From Nitrososphaeria archaeon (lineage in GTDB: Archaea; Thermoproteota; Nitrososphaeria; JACIWG01), in contig JBEKIG010000019.1 of assembly GCA_050011875.1 (NCBI GenBank), positions 1 through 26,972 of the forward strand: a stretch of DNA of 26,972 nucleotides. Direction: 5' to 3'. Under the pieces are notes generated by a model. That model ran no database searches and was not told the origin of the DNA. It saw only the letters and a list, made by a program, of their open reading frames with translations. Both the position numbers and the translations under genes were made by a program. Positions within the stretch are counted from its first letter, which is position 1. Each line of letters opens with the position of its first letter. Below are positions 26,158 through 26,972 of the stretch, piece after piece.

Positions 26158-26692
26158 CATAACCTCCACGGCAGCCCGACTGAACGGCGAGGTGACGTCC
26201 ACCGGCAATGAGAACCCCACGGTGCATGTATATTGGGGTCCTGCCGACGGTGGAACGATTGTCGCCAACTGGGCGCATGACCTGAACCTGGGTGTCAAAG
26301 GCGCCGGAGTTTTCTACACGGACATAACTGGGCTGACTGCCGGGGCTACATATTACTATCTCTGCATGGCGCAGAACTCTGGTGGGATGACCTGGGCATT
26401 ATCCAGCTCCAGCTTCACCACCTCTGCCCCTGCTCCTCCGCCAGTCACAGCACCAGCCGTGACCAATTCCACAGGAGGATCTAACATTACCACTACAGCA
26501 GCCACGCTCAATGGCAACCTGACCTCGGACGGTGGGGCTGCTAGCACGGTCAGCGTCTACTGGGGCACTACAGACGGCGGTACGACAGCGGCAAGCTGGT
26601 CCGGCAATGTCGCCGTGGGCACGCAATCCGTGGGCGCATTTACTGCCAACTTAACCGGCCTGACGGCAAGCACGACCTATTACTATGTCTAA
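26132..26692 (+). CDS. FN3-like repeat fragment (units B and A'), out-of-frame continuation of the 24433 gene
   Basis: Same repeat family (SNIT..AA.LNG..., VYWG..DGGT, GLTA.TTYYY). No SD or signal peptide; its ATG sits at the junction. Confidence 0.6.
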   Translation: MTNSTGASNITSTAARLNGEVTSTGNENPTVHVYWGPADGGTIVANWAHDLNLGVKGAGVFYTDITGLTAGATYYYLCMAQNSGGMTWALSSSSFTTSAPAPPPVTAPAVTNSTGGSNITTTAATLNGNLTSDGGAASTVSVYWGTTDGGTTAASWSGNVAVGTQSVGAFTANLTGLTASTTYYYV

Positions 26693-26972
26693 CATAGCCA
26701 CCACGACAGCCCGCTTAGATGGCGAGCTGACGGCCACGGGCAATGAGAACCCCACGGTGCATGTATATTGGGGTCCTGCCGACGGTGGAACGACTGCCGC
26801 CAACTGGGCACATGACCTGAACCTGGGGGCCAAGGGTGCCTCATTTTTCTACACGGATATAACGGGGCTGACTGCGGGAACTACATATTATTATAGCTGC
26901 ATGGCGCAGAACTCTGGGGGGATATCCTGGGCATCATCCAGCGCCAGCTTCACCACCTCCGCCCCTGCCCCT
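26685..26972 (+). CDS. FN3-like repeat fragment (unit B'); runs off the right edge
   Basis: Manual translation: MSNIATTTARLDGELTATGNENPTVHVYWGPADGGTTAANWAHDLNLG...YYYSCMAQNSGGISWASSSASFTTSAPAP, open to the window end. Confidence 0.6.
   Translation, partial: MSNIATTTARLDGELTATGNENPTVHVYWGPADGGTTAANWAHDLNLGAKGASFFYTDITGLTAGTTYYYSCMAQNSGGISWASSSASFTTSAPAP

Larger units (their letters stand above)
25900..26972 (+). repeat. coding tandem repeat A-B-A'-B' of FN3/Ig-like units
   Basis: A and A' are offset by 553 nt, with 26015-26134 identical to 26568-26687. B and B' both encode ENPTVHVYWGPADGGT...WAHDLNLG...CMAQNSGG. Confidence 0.92.

Noticed and set aside
25900-26972. Diversity-generating retroelement TR/VR pair or shufflon
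   Set aside because: No reverse transcriptase or invertase is in the window, differences between copies are not adenine-specific, and the repeats are direct coding domain duplications.

Overview
A bacterial surface-glycan biosynthesis locus followed by a regulatory island and a large secreted repeat protein. The gene types suggest Dehalococcoidia/Chloroflexota, which is an inference only. Left part: the 5' end of rfbC (- strand, not in the ORF track), then on the + strand a GT-C-like membrane protein with a C-terminal carbohydrate-binding-like domain, a four-gene SxtJ-like / CmcH-NodU carbamoyltransferase / DUF5989 small protein (not in the ORF track) / membrane SGNH module, a Wzx-like flippase and a GT2. 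Converging on these is a long - strand run: UDP-glucose dehydrogenase, two GT2s, cytidylyltransferase, Maf-like transferase, HpcH aldolase, 2-hydroxyacid dehydrogenase, GmhA-like isomerase, an inositol-monophosphatase remnant, SDR, AroB-like cyclase, Gfo/Idh/MocA oxidoreductase, GT2 and a DUF2206 membrane protein. Right part: a BldC/Xis-like HTH gene, two copies of a ~60-nt structured RNA-like element that buries an SD and GTG start codon, an ATAGTACTTT repeat array between them, and a secreted clan GH-A-like protein with tandem FN3-like repeats broken twice at the same nucleotide (probably an assembly artefact). Best candidates for undescribed biology: a trans-membrane glycan O-carbamoylation relay with a DltX-like tyrosine tail, the duplicated RNA element, and a pathway to an unusual CMP-activated sugar.
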